A stretch of 62,322 nucleotides of DNA, taken from positions 1 through 62,322 of the IMG/VR virus record IMGVR_UViG_3300047467_000008. One strand, written 5' to 3'. The position numbers were made by a program, and so were the translations under genes. Below are positions 18,127 through 26,389 of the stretch, piece by piece. Below the pieces are notes generated by a model. That model did not search any database, was not told where the DNA came from, and worked only from the letters and a program-made list of their open reading frames with translations. The stretch's first letter is position 1. Each line of letters starts with the position of its first letter. The DNA comes from a virus (lineage: Duplodnaviria > Caudoviricetes).

Positions 18127-18558
18127 ATGCACGAGCCGTTCGGACGCCAGCTGAAGGCGATCAGGGAGGTCCGCAAGACCACGCTCGAGGCCCTTGCCTA
18201 CCGGGCTCAGGACATCGCACGGGAGTTGGGGATGGAGCGCGGGCCTAGCCGCGACACCATCGCTCAGCTTGAGGGGATGCCCGAGCGCCGCCCGAAGGAG
18301 GCGACAGCCGTCACCGTCGGCTTGGCGCTTGCTGTCCAGCCGGGCGAGTTCCCGGCGCACGATCTCGCGCTTGCCCGACGCGCGCTCGATGAGTACGAGG
18401 TCGGCTTTGACGTCGCGCTCGCGAACCTCGAGAAAGTGCGCCGACCCCTGGGACTCAAGGCCGCTACGTCACCAGACGCAGCGCTTCCACCGGTGGAGAA
18501 GGCGGCGGGTCGCAGAGTCCCGAGGCCACGTCGCGACGCTCAGCAGCGCTCAGCCTGA
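18127..18558 (+). CDS. CI-like immunity repressor (XRE HTH)
   Basis: FGRQLKAIRE....LEALA......SRDTIAQLE; divergent from cro; no S24 peptidase domain seen. Confidence 0.75.
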   Translation: MHEPFGRQLKAIREVRKTTLEALAYRAQDIARELGMERGPSRDTIAQLEGMPERRPKEATAVTVGLALAVQPGEFPAHDLALARRALDEYEVGFDVALANLEKVRRPLGLKAATSPDAALPPVEKAAGRRVPRPRRDAQQRSA

Positions 18559-18872
18559 GCACAGCAGCCATCTCGCCGTAATAGCCCGGCTCGTCGATCT
18601 CAGCCGCGACGTACTCCTCGAACTGGGCGATCGCACGCAGACCGTCGATCGCGCTCTCGCGCGCGGTGCGCCCACGGTCGTCGGTCGCCTGCATGCGCCC
18701 CTTCTGATCTCTCTCGCCCCGGTTCCTCGCCCCTTCACTACTTTGAACACCGTCGTGCATGCGCCACTAGGCACGCCGAAACGCTCCCCGGCGTCACATA
18801 CGACGCCACCCGTGCCGCCACCCCGGCAATTCCAATGCGTTGAGCAATCCCGCGTGGTTATCGTCGGACGCA

Positions 18873-19073
18873 ATGCGCCGCATGACGCTGCGCCTCCCGG
18901 ACGACCTCGCAGACGAGGTCGAACGCGAGGCCCAGCAACAGGGCGTCTCGGTCGCGCACTACCTCGCCATGGCGGTGACCTACCGCCTCGGACGAGACAC
19001 CCAGCGCGACGAGATAGCCGCGATCCACGAGAGGTTGAACAAGCTGGAGGACCGCTTGCGGCGCGACAGGTAG
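18873..19073 (+). CDS. Ribbon-helix-helix protein with coiled-coil tail
   Basis: RMTLRLPDDLADEVEREAQQQGVSVAHYL. Confidence 0.8.
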   Translation: MRRMTLRLPDDLADEVEREAQQQGVSVAHYLAMAVTYRLGRDTQRDEIAAIHERLNKLEDRLRRDR

Positions 19074-19153
19074 CGGATCTCATACGACATCCGCTACCGG
19101 CCTCTATCTATCCCCACCGATCGGCGAAACGGAGCTACCTTCCGGGCGTGCCG

Positions 19154-19363
19154 ATGCACGCCACGACCGTTCGCTTCGACGAGGAGACCTGGCAGCAGCT
19201 CAAGCTCGCCGGTGCACGCGCAGGAGTCTCCAGCGCGCAGTACATCCGCGACGCGACCGTGCAACGCATGGCCGCCGCAACGCATCTCCCCGAGCTGATC
19301 GCGCTGCGCCGCGACGTCGGGCGCCTCGAAGAACGGATCGCGATGCGCAGACTCACACGATGA
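19154..19363 (+). CDS. Ribbon-helix-helix protein with coiled-coil tail (paralog)
   Basis: ATTVRFDEETWQQLKLAGARAGVSSAQYIRDA. Confidence 0.8.
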   Translation: MHATTVRFDEETWQQLKLAGARAGVSSAQYIRDATVQRMAAATHLPELIALRRDVGRLEERIAMRRLTR

Positions 19364-19558
19364 CCCCGATCTTCGCCGCGGCACCCTCGGGCCCTGCGGC
19401 GAAGCGCCACGAGCCAGGTGAACGCTCGTGCGCTAAGCGCGCCCCGGCCGCCCTCCCCCGGCGGCCGGGCGTGCCGCGCCCCGACGATCTGCGATGAGTG
19501 GCCCGACCCCTTGGGTAAGGTCCGCTACTCGCCAAGCCAACCCGCGGGAGGTTCAGCA

Positions 19559-20014
19559 GTGCTGACTGGCTATCTCGTCATTTGGGCAGCCGCCGGTGCG
19601 CTGCTCTGTGGACTCATCGCTGCTGCACGCGGCCGCTCGTTCGTCGGCTGGGTTATCGCTGGTGCCCTGTTCGGCATCTTTGCGCTGATCTACCTCGCAC
19701 TCGCAGGCCCAGGTGAGCATGGCCGAAAGCATTGCCCCGGCTGCGCCGAGCTCATCAACGATGCGGCCGGCAAGTGCCCGCACTGCGGCCACGCCTTCGC
19801 GCCCCAAACCCTCTCCCGGCCCTCCACGGTCCCGGTCTGGCCTGGGGTTGCGAACAAGGTTGCCGCACCCTGCTTCACCTGCAATCGCATCCGCGACCAC
19901 GACCACGTTGGCACCTGCTCGTCGTGCAGAACACCGAACGAGTACATCCGATACTGGTGGGGCTACCGCAGTGATTTGCCCTCGGAGTTGGTCGAGGCCA
20001 GCGTAGGTAGCTAG
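19559..20014 (+). CDS. Membrane protein with zinc ribbons
   Basis: RBS GGAGG; two TM helices; CPGC..CPHC and CFTC..CSSC. Confidence 0.75.
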   Translation: MLTGYLVIWAAAGALLCGLIAAARGRSFVGWVIAGALFGIFALIYLALAGPGEHGRKHCPGCAELINDAAGKCPHCGHAFAPQTLSRPSTVPVWPGVANKVAAPCFTCNRIRDHDHVGTCSSCRTPNEYIRYWWGYRSDLPSELVEASVGS

Positions 20015-20048
20015 CCCCGGTGGCGCTCTCGCCGCCGCGCGTCGTAGG

Positions 20049-20282
20049 ATGAATTTCATGAGATCGGCAACTCACAAGGTGTTCGACCGGATCCGCGCCC
20101 ACATGGACGCCGCCGCCGGTTACCCGCACCTAACCGACGAGCAGATCCAAGAGGGCGCGCAACGGCTCGCTCGCGCAGCACGCAGCGCTGGCCTGACGGG
20201 AGCCGAAGCGATGGAGAACGCTCGGCGATTCTGCGCGGCCGTCAACGCTTCCTGCGTCTCGATCCGCAGGCGGGCTCCATAA
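20049..20282 (+). CDS. Phage hypothetical protein
   Basis: ORF ending just before terminator hairpin. Confidence 0.5.
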   Translation: MNFMRSATHKVFDRIRAHMDAAAGYPHLTDEQIQEGAQRLARAARSAGLTGAEAMENARRFCAAVNASCVSIRRRAP

Positions 20283-20288
20283 CGCGAA

Positions 20289-20321
20289 GAGCGCCCTCGG
20301 CCGGTAGGGCCAAGGGCGCTC
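20289..20321. terminator. Hairpin between convergent units
   Basis: GAGCGCCCT-CGGCC...GGCCA-AGGGCGCTC inverted repeat. Confidence 0.65.
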
Positions 20322-20348
20322 GAGCACAGCTATTCGGTTGGGTGGCCT

Positions 20349-20576
20349 CTACTTCTTGCCGAGGCCGATCGCCCGGCCGACACGGATCAGCGCGTCGGCG
20401 CCGAGCAACGCAAGCGACCAGATGACCAGCTTCGACAGGCTGTCCTGCTGGGGCTGGCTGAGCGTGTAGAGCCCGAACGCATGACCGAACTCGGCGGCGA
20501 TCGGGATGCCCGACACGATCTGAGCCGGTGTAATGCTCGGCTTGGACAGCACGGCGGTCTGGGAGGTTGTCGACAC
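20349..20576 (-). CDS. Putative holin
   Basis: 75 aa, two hydrophobic segments, basic C-terminus, end of lysis cassette. Confidence 0.6.
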   Translation of the reverse strand: MSTTSQTAVLSKPSITPAQIVSGIPIAAEFGHAFGLYTLSQPQQDSLSKLVIWSLALLGADALIRVGRAIGLGKK

Positions 20577-20613
20577 AAGTTCTCCTCGAGGTAGACGGGG
20601 GGGCGGCGGGCCG

Positions 20614-21153
20614 TCAGCCCTTGCACACCCAGTGGGATGCGCCAGCACCGCCAGCCCACAGACGGGCGGCGATGCGGTGATGCTCAAGCTGGTCGGCGAG
20701 CGACCGGACCGGCCACGGACGGCCGTGCATCGCCATCTCCTGGTAGGGGCCCGCCGCCCCGGACGAGTTGTAGGCGCTCCACGAGAAGCCCGACTCGCAG
20801 GAGACGATGCCGCACGGGACGGCAAAGCGCCCGGCGCTGCCGCAGTTGTACGGGGTCAACGCGGCGATCTGCTCGCGGACATGTCGCTCGGCAGCGCGCC
20901 GGGCGAGCTCGCCGAGGTGGTGCCGACGGTAGCGGTCCAGGTGAAAGCGCACGATCGGCCGCGACTTCACGAACCGCTGGCAGGCGACCACTCGCCGGAT
21001 GGTGCGTCGCTCGTGGCCGGTCGCACGGTGCCGGCCGTCGAAGGCGTCGTGGGCGACGTGGTGAAACGTCGCGCGCGTGTAGGTGCGCGCGCAATGATCG
21101 TCGGTGGGGTTCGCCGGCGCCAACGCGGGCGGGACGAGCAGGGACATGGTCAC
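20614..21153 (-). CDS. Rpf-like lytic transglycosylase, paralog 2
   Basis: IVSCESGFSWSAYNSSGAAGPYQ...ARLWAGGAGASHWVC; in-frame upstream CTG extends a signal peptide (LRAVSIAAVTMSLL). Confidence 0.8.
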   Translation of the reverse strand: MTMSLLVPPALAPANPTDDHCARTYTRATFHHVAHDAFDGRHRATGHERRTIRRVVACQRFVKSRPIVRFHLDRYRRHHLGELARRAAERHVREQIAALTPYNCGSAGRFAVPCGIVSCESGFSWSAYNSSGAAGPYQEMAMHGRPWPVRSLADQLEHHRIAARLWAGGAGASHWVCKG

Positions 21154-21250
21154 GGCTGCTATCGAGACGGCTCGAAGCAGAGGCGATCACCATCCTCGGT
21201 GGGGGACACGACGGGCCGCACCAAGGGGGCCCAGAGAAGCTGGCCGGTCT

Positions 21251-22132
21251 TCAGTACCGGTAGAAGCGGGGGCCGCCGGGCTTGTAGGCGAAGTCCGCTA
21301 TCGAGTGCGCGGCGATCGGCGGCGACCCGTGCCCGATCGTCCGGTTCGCGCCGAGGTAGACCTCGACATGGCCGGAGTCCCCGTTCGGATCCCAGATCAC
21401 CAGCACCGGCCGGGCCCGCTCGAGGTCGGCTTGCTCGTGGGAGATCTCGTGGCCGTGCGCGGCGAGCGAGCCAGTGAACCCGCCCGAGAACCCGAGCCCG
21501 TTCGGGTCGGGCAGCCCGCACGCCTTGAACAACGACGCAACCCACTGCGAACAGTCCGACCGGAAGCCAAGCGGCTCCCCAGTCAGTGCATAGTCGACGG
21601 TGTACAGCCCGGCCTGCGAATAGAACGACGGCCGCTGCCCGGCGTTGTAGCGGCGCATCGCCTCCTCAGCCGCGAACCGGAACCGCCAGCCCGGAGTGCC
21701 GCCACGAACCTTGTTGCGGCCCACTACCCGCGGCCCGGCGTTGCGACGGACGATCCGGCGGGCTGCCTCGATGACCGTGCGGCGCCGAGCCTTGACCTTC
21801 GACCGGCGTCTACCCGGCCGCAGCCGTCGCAGCCGTCGCGACTGACGCAGGATCTCAACGCGGAAGCGGCGCAGCTTGTCGGCCGACGTCTCCGGCTTCT
21901 GGGGATGGAGCTCGGGGGCGGGCAGCCCGAAGACCGCGTGCCAGATGACCTTGTCGACGATGCCGTCGGTGCCGAGCTTGCGGTTGCGCTGGAAGCGCTC
22001 GACGGCAAGAGCGGTCCGGGGCCCGAACTTGCCGTCAGCGTGGACATCCAGCTCGCGCTGGAGTGCCTCGACCGCATGGCCCTTGGAGCCGAGCTTCATC
22101 GGCTTGCCCGGGAAGGGGTGATCAGCCGGCAC
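21251..22132 (-). CDS. Endolysin: peptidoglycan-binding domain plus NlpC/P60-like peptidase
   Basis: GSKGHAVEALQ...DGKFGPRT..AV.RFQ...DGIV; SDCS...GHV...IGHG. Confidence 0.85.
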   Translation of the reverse strand: MPADHPFPGKPMKLGSKGHAVEALQRELDVHADGKFGPRTALAVERFQRNRKLGTDGIVDKVIWHAVFGLPAPELHPQKPETSADKLRRFRVEILRQSRRLRRLRPGRRRSKVKARRRTVIEAARRIVRRNAGPRVVGRNKVRGGTPGWRFRFAAEEAMRRYNAGQRPSFYSQAGLYTVDYALTGEPLGFRSDCSQWVASLFKACGLPDPNGLGFSGGFTGSLAAHGHEISHEQADLERARPVLVIWDPNGDSGHVEVYLGANRTIGHGSPPIAAHSIADFAYKPGGPRFYRY

Positions 22133-22212
22133 GCGGCTACCTCCTATCGGTGGTGTTTTACGCGCGAGGGCGGGGATGTAGGCCCCGTCACGGGCCGCAG
22201 AAACCGAGCGGG

Positions 22213-23466
22213 CTAGTGCTCCGGCCCGATGTCTGCGATCAGTACCGGCTTGACCGAGATCGAGTCGAGCAGCAGCACCGCCCGAAGGTGGTCGCCTGAG
22301 AGGTAGGCGATCTCACCGGCCTGGCCGAACTGCGCCGAGCTGGTCTTGGTCACCTTCACGCGAGCGCCGACGACCGGCTCCCACGCCGGATCGGGATCCG
22401 GATCAGGATCGGGATTCGGGACGACCGCTGCGACAGGCGGCTCTCCGTTGGGACCGGCGGGTGCGAGGCTTGTCGCGATCAGCGCGGCACACGGGCTGGT
22501 GGCCGAGATCCGGTAGTCGCCGCCGGCACGATCGCGGTAGCCAGGATCGACGAGCAGGTTGTTGGCCGCCGTGAAACCGGTCTGCGTGCCGATCGTGCCC
22601 TGAGCTCCACCGAAGATGCAATTGCCGGTGACCGTGTTGCCAACCCCGGGGGCGGTGCCCGACGGATACCACGACTCGACGTCATGGCGGATCCGCGAGA
22701 ACGTGATCAGGTTGCCGGTGACCGTGTTGTTCGACGACGTCGTACCAGAGCCGGAGAAGATGATCCCCTCGCCGTTGCCGTCGATGACGTTGCCCTTCAC
22801 CAGCGTCCGCTGCGAATCGGGGTAGAGCTGGACGCCGCGATCGACGTTGTTGACGATCACGTTGTCGACGATCTGAGTGTCGTCCGCGGCCTGGACGTAG
22901 ATGCCGTGATCCTTGTTGGACGACGGGATCCGGCCACAGTCGTGGATGCGATTGCCCCTGATCACGGTGCGCTGCGCACGGCCGTACGTGTCCGAGCCGA
23001 CGACGAAGCAGATCGACGTGTGGTCGTTGGTCACGTCGTTGCCGGTGAAGCTGACGTCGCTGGCGTTGATCGTCGGCGACGGCAACAGGCCGGCGTTCTT
23101 GCCGTTCAAGTTCAGGCCGGTGACGAGCACGCCGTTGGCGCCTCTGCGGATGTACAGCCGGCCGGTCAGGGTGGCGCGCTCGCCGGGGTAGGACGTGAGC
23201 GTGATCCCAGGAACGGTGACCGTCAGGTCCTGCTGGAAGACGCCGGCGCGAAGGCAGCCCGTCTCGCCGCTTCTGAGCGACGCGGCAAGCTTCCCGGCGG
23301 TGCGGTACGGCGCGTCGACCGTGCCGGCTGCGGTGTCAGCGCCCGACGTCGCGGCGACCTGGGAGCACTGCACGGCAGCCGTCGAGGACGGCTGAAGAAC
23401 GAGCGTGCCGCCAACCGCTATGGCAGCGGTAGCAGCCGCGAGAGCGGCGAGAGCTTGGCGTCGCAT
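22213..23466 (-). CDS. Secreted right-handed parallel beta-helix protein
   Basis: Signal peptide; GT..APYRT; repeated GN.I..N; PD linker and short C-terminal beta domain. Confidence 0.85.
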   Translation of the reverse strand: MRRQALAALAAATAAIAVGGTLVLQPSSTAAVQCSQVAATSGADTAAGTVDAPYRTAGKLAASLRSGETGCLRAGVFQQDLTVTVPGITLTSYPGERATLTGRLYIRRGANGVLVTGLNLNGKNAGLLPSPTINASDVSFTGNDVTNDHTSICFVVGSDTYGRAQRTVIRGNRIHDCGRIPSSNKDHGIYVQAADDTQIVDNVIVNNVDRGVQLYPDSQRTLVKGNVIDGNGEGIIFSGSGTTSSNNTVTGNLITFSRIRHDVESWYPSGTAPGVGNTVTGNCIFGGAQGTIGTQTGFTAANNLLVDPGYRDRAGGDYRISATSPCAALIATSLAPAGPNGEPPVAAVVPNPDPDPDPDPAWEPVVGARVKVTKTSSAQFGQAGEIAYLSGDHLRAVLLLDSISVKPVLIADIGPEH

Positions 23467-23508
23467 TGGACGCTCCCTTCGATTGAGGCCCGCGCGGGGC
23501 CGGAGGAA

Positions 23509-24075
23509 CTACGGTGCGGGCGTGCCGCAGTTGCCGGGCTGCGAGCAATACGCAGCAACCGCTGCGGCAATCTGCTCGTCAGTCGGCCCAGGACCCGCAG
23601 GTCCCTGCGGGCCAACCGGGCCCGGCTCGCCCGCAGGACCCTGAGCGCCGGGCTCTCCGTCTCTGCCATCTGCGCCGTCTGCGCCGTCGGTTCCCGGCTC
23701 GCCTGGAACGCCCGGCGCGCCTTGCTCTCCCTGCGGACCGGCCGGGCCCATCGGGCCGGGTTGCCCAACCTCGCCGACAAGACCCTCGGGCCCGACGCCA
23801 CCAGGGGGCCCGGCCGGGCCAGGAGGACCGGCGGGACCGAACAGGGTGCGTTCCGTCACGACAACTCGGCGGATGGTGCGATCGACCCGGCGGTCGGTGT
23901 TCTCGGCCTTGCGGTCAGTGCGCTCCGTTCTGCGCTGGACGACGTCGGCCTTGTCGGTCGCCCGGTCGGCCTTCCCGTTGAGCCGGCTCTCGAAGTTCGA
24001 CAGCACGACGACCCCGACGACTACGAGAACCAGGTACGGCAGCAGCAACACCGCGAACGTACGACGCCACGTCAT
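23509..24075 (-). CDS. Membrane-anchored collagen-like protein
   Basis: N-terminal TM, coiled coil, Gly-X-Y repeats, [11 protein letters not shown]. Confidence 0.85.
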   Translation of the reverse strand: MTWRRTFAVLLLPYLVLVVVGVVVLSNFESRLNGKADRATDKADVVQRRTERTDRKAENTDRRVDRTIRRVVVTERTLFGPAGPPGPAGPPGGVGPEGLVGEVGQPGPMGPAGPQGEQGAPGVPGEPGTDGADGADGRDGEPGAQGPAGEPGPVGPQGPAGPGPTDEQIAAAVAAYCSQPGNCGTPAP

Positions 24076-24161
24076 GACAGCCACCCCTTCGTCACGATCA
24101 ACAGTGCGGGCGCGACGGTGCAGACCATCCACCACGCTTGCGCCCGGCTGCGGACGGTCAT
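24072..24161 (-). CDS. 29-aa hydrophobic peptide
   Basis: [29 protein letters not shown]; ATGA overlaps on both sides. Confidence 0.45.
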   Translation of the reverse strand: MTVRSRAQAWWMVCTVAPALLIVTKGWLS

Positions 24162-24379
24162 GGCTGCCTCCGGGAGGCGAGCTCGGCGAGCACGCCGACG
24201 CCAGGCAATCCGATAGCGCCGCCGCAGGCGAGCCACGCGGCGTAGGACTCCGACCCGGTGACGAACAGCCACACCAGGCCGACGACCCCAACGATCGGGC
24301 ACACCAAGTCGAGGATCACCGACCGGCGGAAGAATCGCAGGCGCCGCTCCCATCGCTCCATCTTTTCCCGCTCGTTCAC
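24158..24379 (-). CDS. Small two-TM membrane protein (lysis cassette)
   Basis: Two hydrophobic stretches. Confidence 0.65.
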   Translation of the reverse strand: MNEREKMERWERRLRFFRRSVILDLVCPIVGVVGLVWLFVTGSESYAAWLACGGAIGLPGVGVLAELASRRQP

Positions 24380-24415
24380 TCATCGGTCCTCGGTTGGGTC
24401 GAGGGGTTGCGGCGC

Positions 24416-26386
24416 CTAGCTGGCGCCTTGGACTGAGTCGAGGCGGGCCATCAGCGCATCGAAGTTGCGGCGCGACGGGTCGTCAAGACCGACCTTGGAG
24501 GTTTGGTCTCGGTTCGTGTACCGGACCGAGACCATTGTTCCCGAGCGGCCGACGGCGCCAGTATCGGGATCGATCCGATGGGAGAGACGCATCAGCTCGA
24601 GCGTCTTTGTCAGCAGGATCGACGGGTGGACTGGTTGGCCGCCGATGACCTGTCGACAGCCACCCGGCGAGACGTTCAGATCGCCCTTGAGAGGCGTCGT
24701 CTGGTGGCCTCTGACGAACGTGTCGTTGAGCTGGGCGGCGACGTCGGTCGTGATCCGGAAGCTCGGCTCGATCGTCTTGGTGCGCTGGAATCTACGGCGG
24801 CCCACGAGCGTCGGGTCAGCTACGACGGTCAGCTCGAAGTCATCAACGTATGACCCTCCGCTGAACCCCTGCGTGAGGACGATCGTCGCCCCAGCCGTGT
24901 CGGCCGTTGGAGTCCAGAAAAGCGAGACGGTCCCCCAGAATCTGCCTATCACGAGGCTCGATTGCTGGCCGCCCCAGTCCACGGTGCCGTTGATGTTTTG
25001 GGCCGCGAAGGTCAGCTTGTACGTGAACCCGCGTCTGAACGTTCCGTCGAACGTTCCGGTGAGTCTCGACGTAGCCGACGGCGACCAGCGCCCGCTGGCA
25101 GGGGCGCTGTTGAACGTGAAGGTGTCTCGCGCAAAGGTCCCGTTTGTGACGCTCCAGCCAGCAACACCGACCTCGAAGCTTGGATCTGGGAGGGTGGGGA
25201 CGCCATCGACGACGATGCGGGTTCCGTCGCTCGCCGTGCCCTCGCCGATCGCCCGGTTGTAGATCTCGTCGCCGCTGTTCGCAGAGCTGTCCAGGAACTC
25301 GGCGCCGGACCAGGCACCAACTTCAAGCTCCGCTGCGGTGGGACGCGGCCCGTACACAGGGCGGCGTTCGATGTCGATTTTCGACTTCCAGTTGTGGAAG
25401 GCGTTCACGGTCTCCCAAGTCTCTCGCGGCGAGCGATGTCTGCTGAGCGCGAAGTCCGGGATGGAGAACGTCGAGGGAGTGATCTGCGACCGGTCGTCAG
25501 ACAGAAGCATGGTCGCGCGATCTACAGCGTCCGAGATCACTGTGCTCGCCTTCAGCACCGAGTCGCCGCCGGATCGGTAGGCGGTGTCGGTAAACACCTG
25601 GGCCCGCGTCACTTTCACCCACACGTCCCCCCCCGGCGTCGCGGCGGGGTTAGCGAACATGAACAAGTGGACGTAACGTCGTGCGACGCCAAAGTTGGCC
25701 GAGACAGTGCCACTGGCACCCATCGTTGTCAGCGGATTCGCGTAGGCGTCGCTCGTGGCGGTCCCGCTGTAGTCAGGAGTCGCCATGTTACGCACGAAGA
25801 AGTACATCGACGCTGTGTTGTTGCTCGTCTCGTAGTCCAACGAGATAGCCGCGGCGGTCGAATAGGGACCGAGGTCGAGCACGACGCCGACGATCGACCC
25901 GACGAGCCATGGCGTGCCGCTGGGCCATATGAGCGCGATGCCGTTGTCGTTGCTCACCTGGCCAGCCGCCGCCGCGGAGTTTGCACCCAGGGTCACCGTC
26001 GGGATGGACCGCACGTCCTTATAGTCGGAGAGCTTGGAGTGAACGTATGCCCGCTGGTAGACGTCGTCGTCGAGGTGGTACTGCCAGCCTCTGCATTGGA
26101 CGTTGATGACGAAGTCGCGGCCGTCTTTGGTCGGTGTGTCTCCGGTCCGTCCTGACCAGACGGGGACGCCTCCGATCTCGATGATCGTCGGAGCGAAGGC
26201 CGCGATGTCGGGCCAGATCGTCCCGGGAGAGCGCTTAAGATCGAACGTCGCCGTATCCGAGCCCCACTCGTTAGCGGTGGCTTCGAGGCTTGTCGGCACG
26301 ACTCTGATTGCTCGCCCGGATCCGCATCGCTCCCAGGTGTCGTCGAGCGTCTGCAATAGGACGCTGGCGTTTGCGGCACCGGGCAT
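24416..26386 (-). CDS. Minor tail protein with carbohydrate-binding-like insert
   Basis: Position after distal-tail gene; VWSGR, DPSFE....GW motif. Confidence 0.8.
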   Translation of the reverse strand: MPGAANASVLLQTLDDTWERCGSGRAIRVVPTSLEATANEWGSDTATFDLKRSPGTIWPDIAAFAPTIIEIGGVPVWSGRTGDTPTKDGRDFVINVQCRGWQYHLDDDVYQRAYVHSKLSDYKDVRSIPTVTLGANSAAAAGQVSNDNGIALIWPSGTPWLVGSIVGVVLDLGPYSTAAAISLDYETSNNTASMYFFVRNMATPDYSGTATSDAYANPLTTMGASGTVSANFGVARRYVHLFMFANPAATPGGDVWVKVTRAQVFTDTAYRSGGDSVLKASTVISDAVDRATMLLSDDRSQITPSTFSIPDFALSRHRSPRETWETVNAFHNWKSKIDIERRPVYGPRPTAAELEVGAWSGAEFLDSSANSGDEIYNRAIGEGTASDGTRIVVDGVPTLPDPSFEVGVAGWSVTNGTFARDTFTFNSAPASGRWSPSATSRLTGTFDGTFRRGFTYKLTFAAQNINGTVDWGGQQSSLVIGRFWGTVSLFWTPTADTAGATIVLTQGFSGGSYVDDFELTVVADPTLVGRRRFQRTKTIEPSFRITTDVAAQLNDTFVRGHQTTPLKGDLNVSPGGCRQVIGGQPVHPSILLTKTLELMRLSHRIDPDTGAVGRSGTMVSVRYTNRDQTSKVGLDDPSRRNFDALMARLDSVQGAS

Positions 26387-26389
26387 CGC

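Noticed and set aside
18464-18760. Minus-strand ORF convergent on cI
   Set aside because: It overlaps the cI 3' end by about 95 bp and has no motif; it may be real but I cannot support it.
18873-19363. Type II toxin-antitoxin pair
   Set aside because: Both genes look like RHH proteins, and no toxin fold is recognisable.
21154-21250. c-di-AMP (ydaO) riboswitch upstream of the Rpf-like gene
   Set aside because: The gap is short and shows only a small GGGCC/GGCCC hairpin; I saw no ydaO consensus. An Rfam scan would settle it.
23590-23840. Repeat array or CRISPR
   Set aside because: These are Gly-X-Y collagen codons; I saw no repeat-spacer array or cas genes anywhere in the window.
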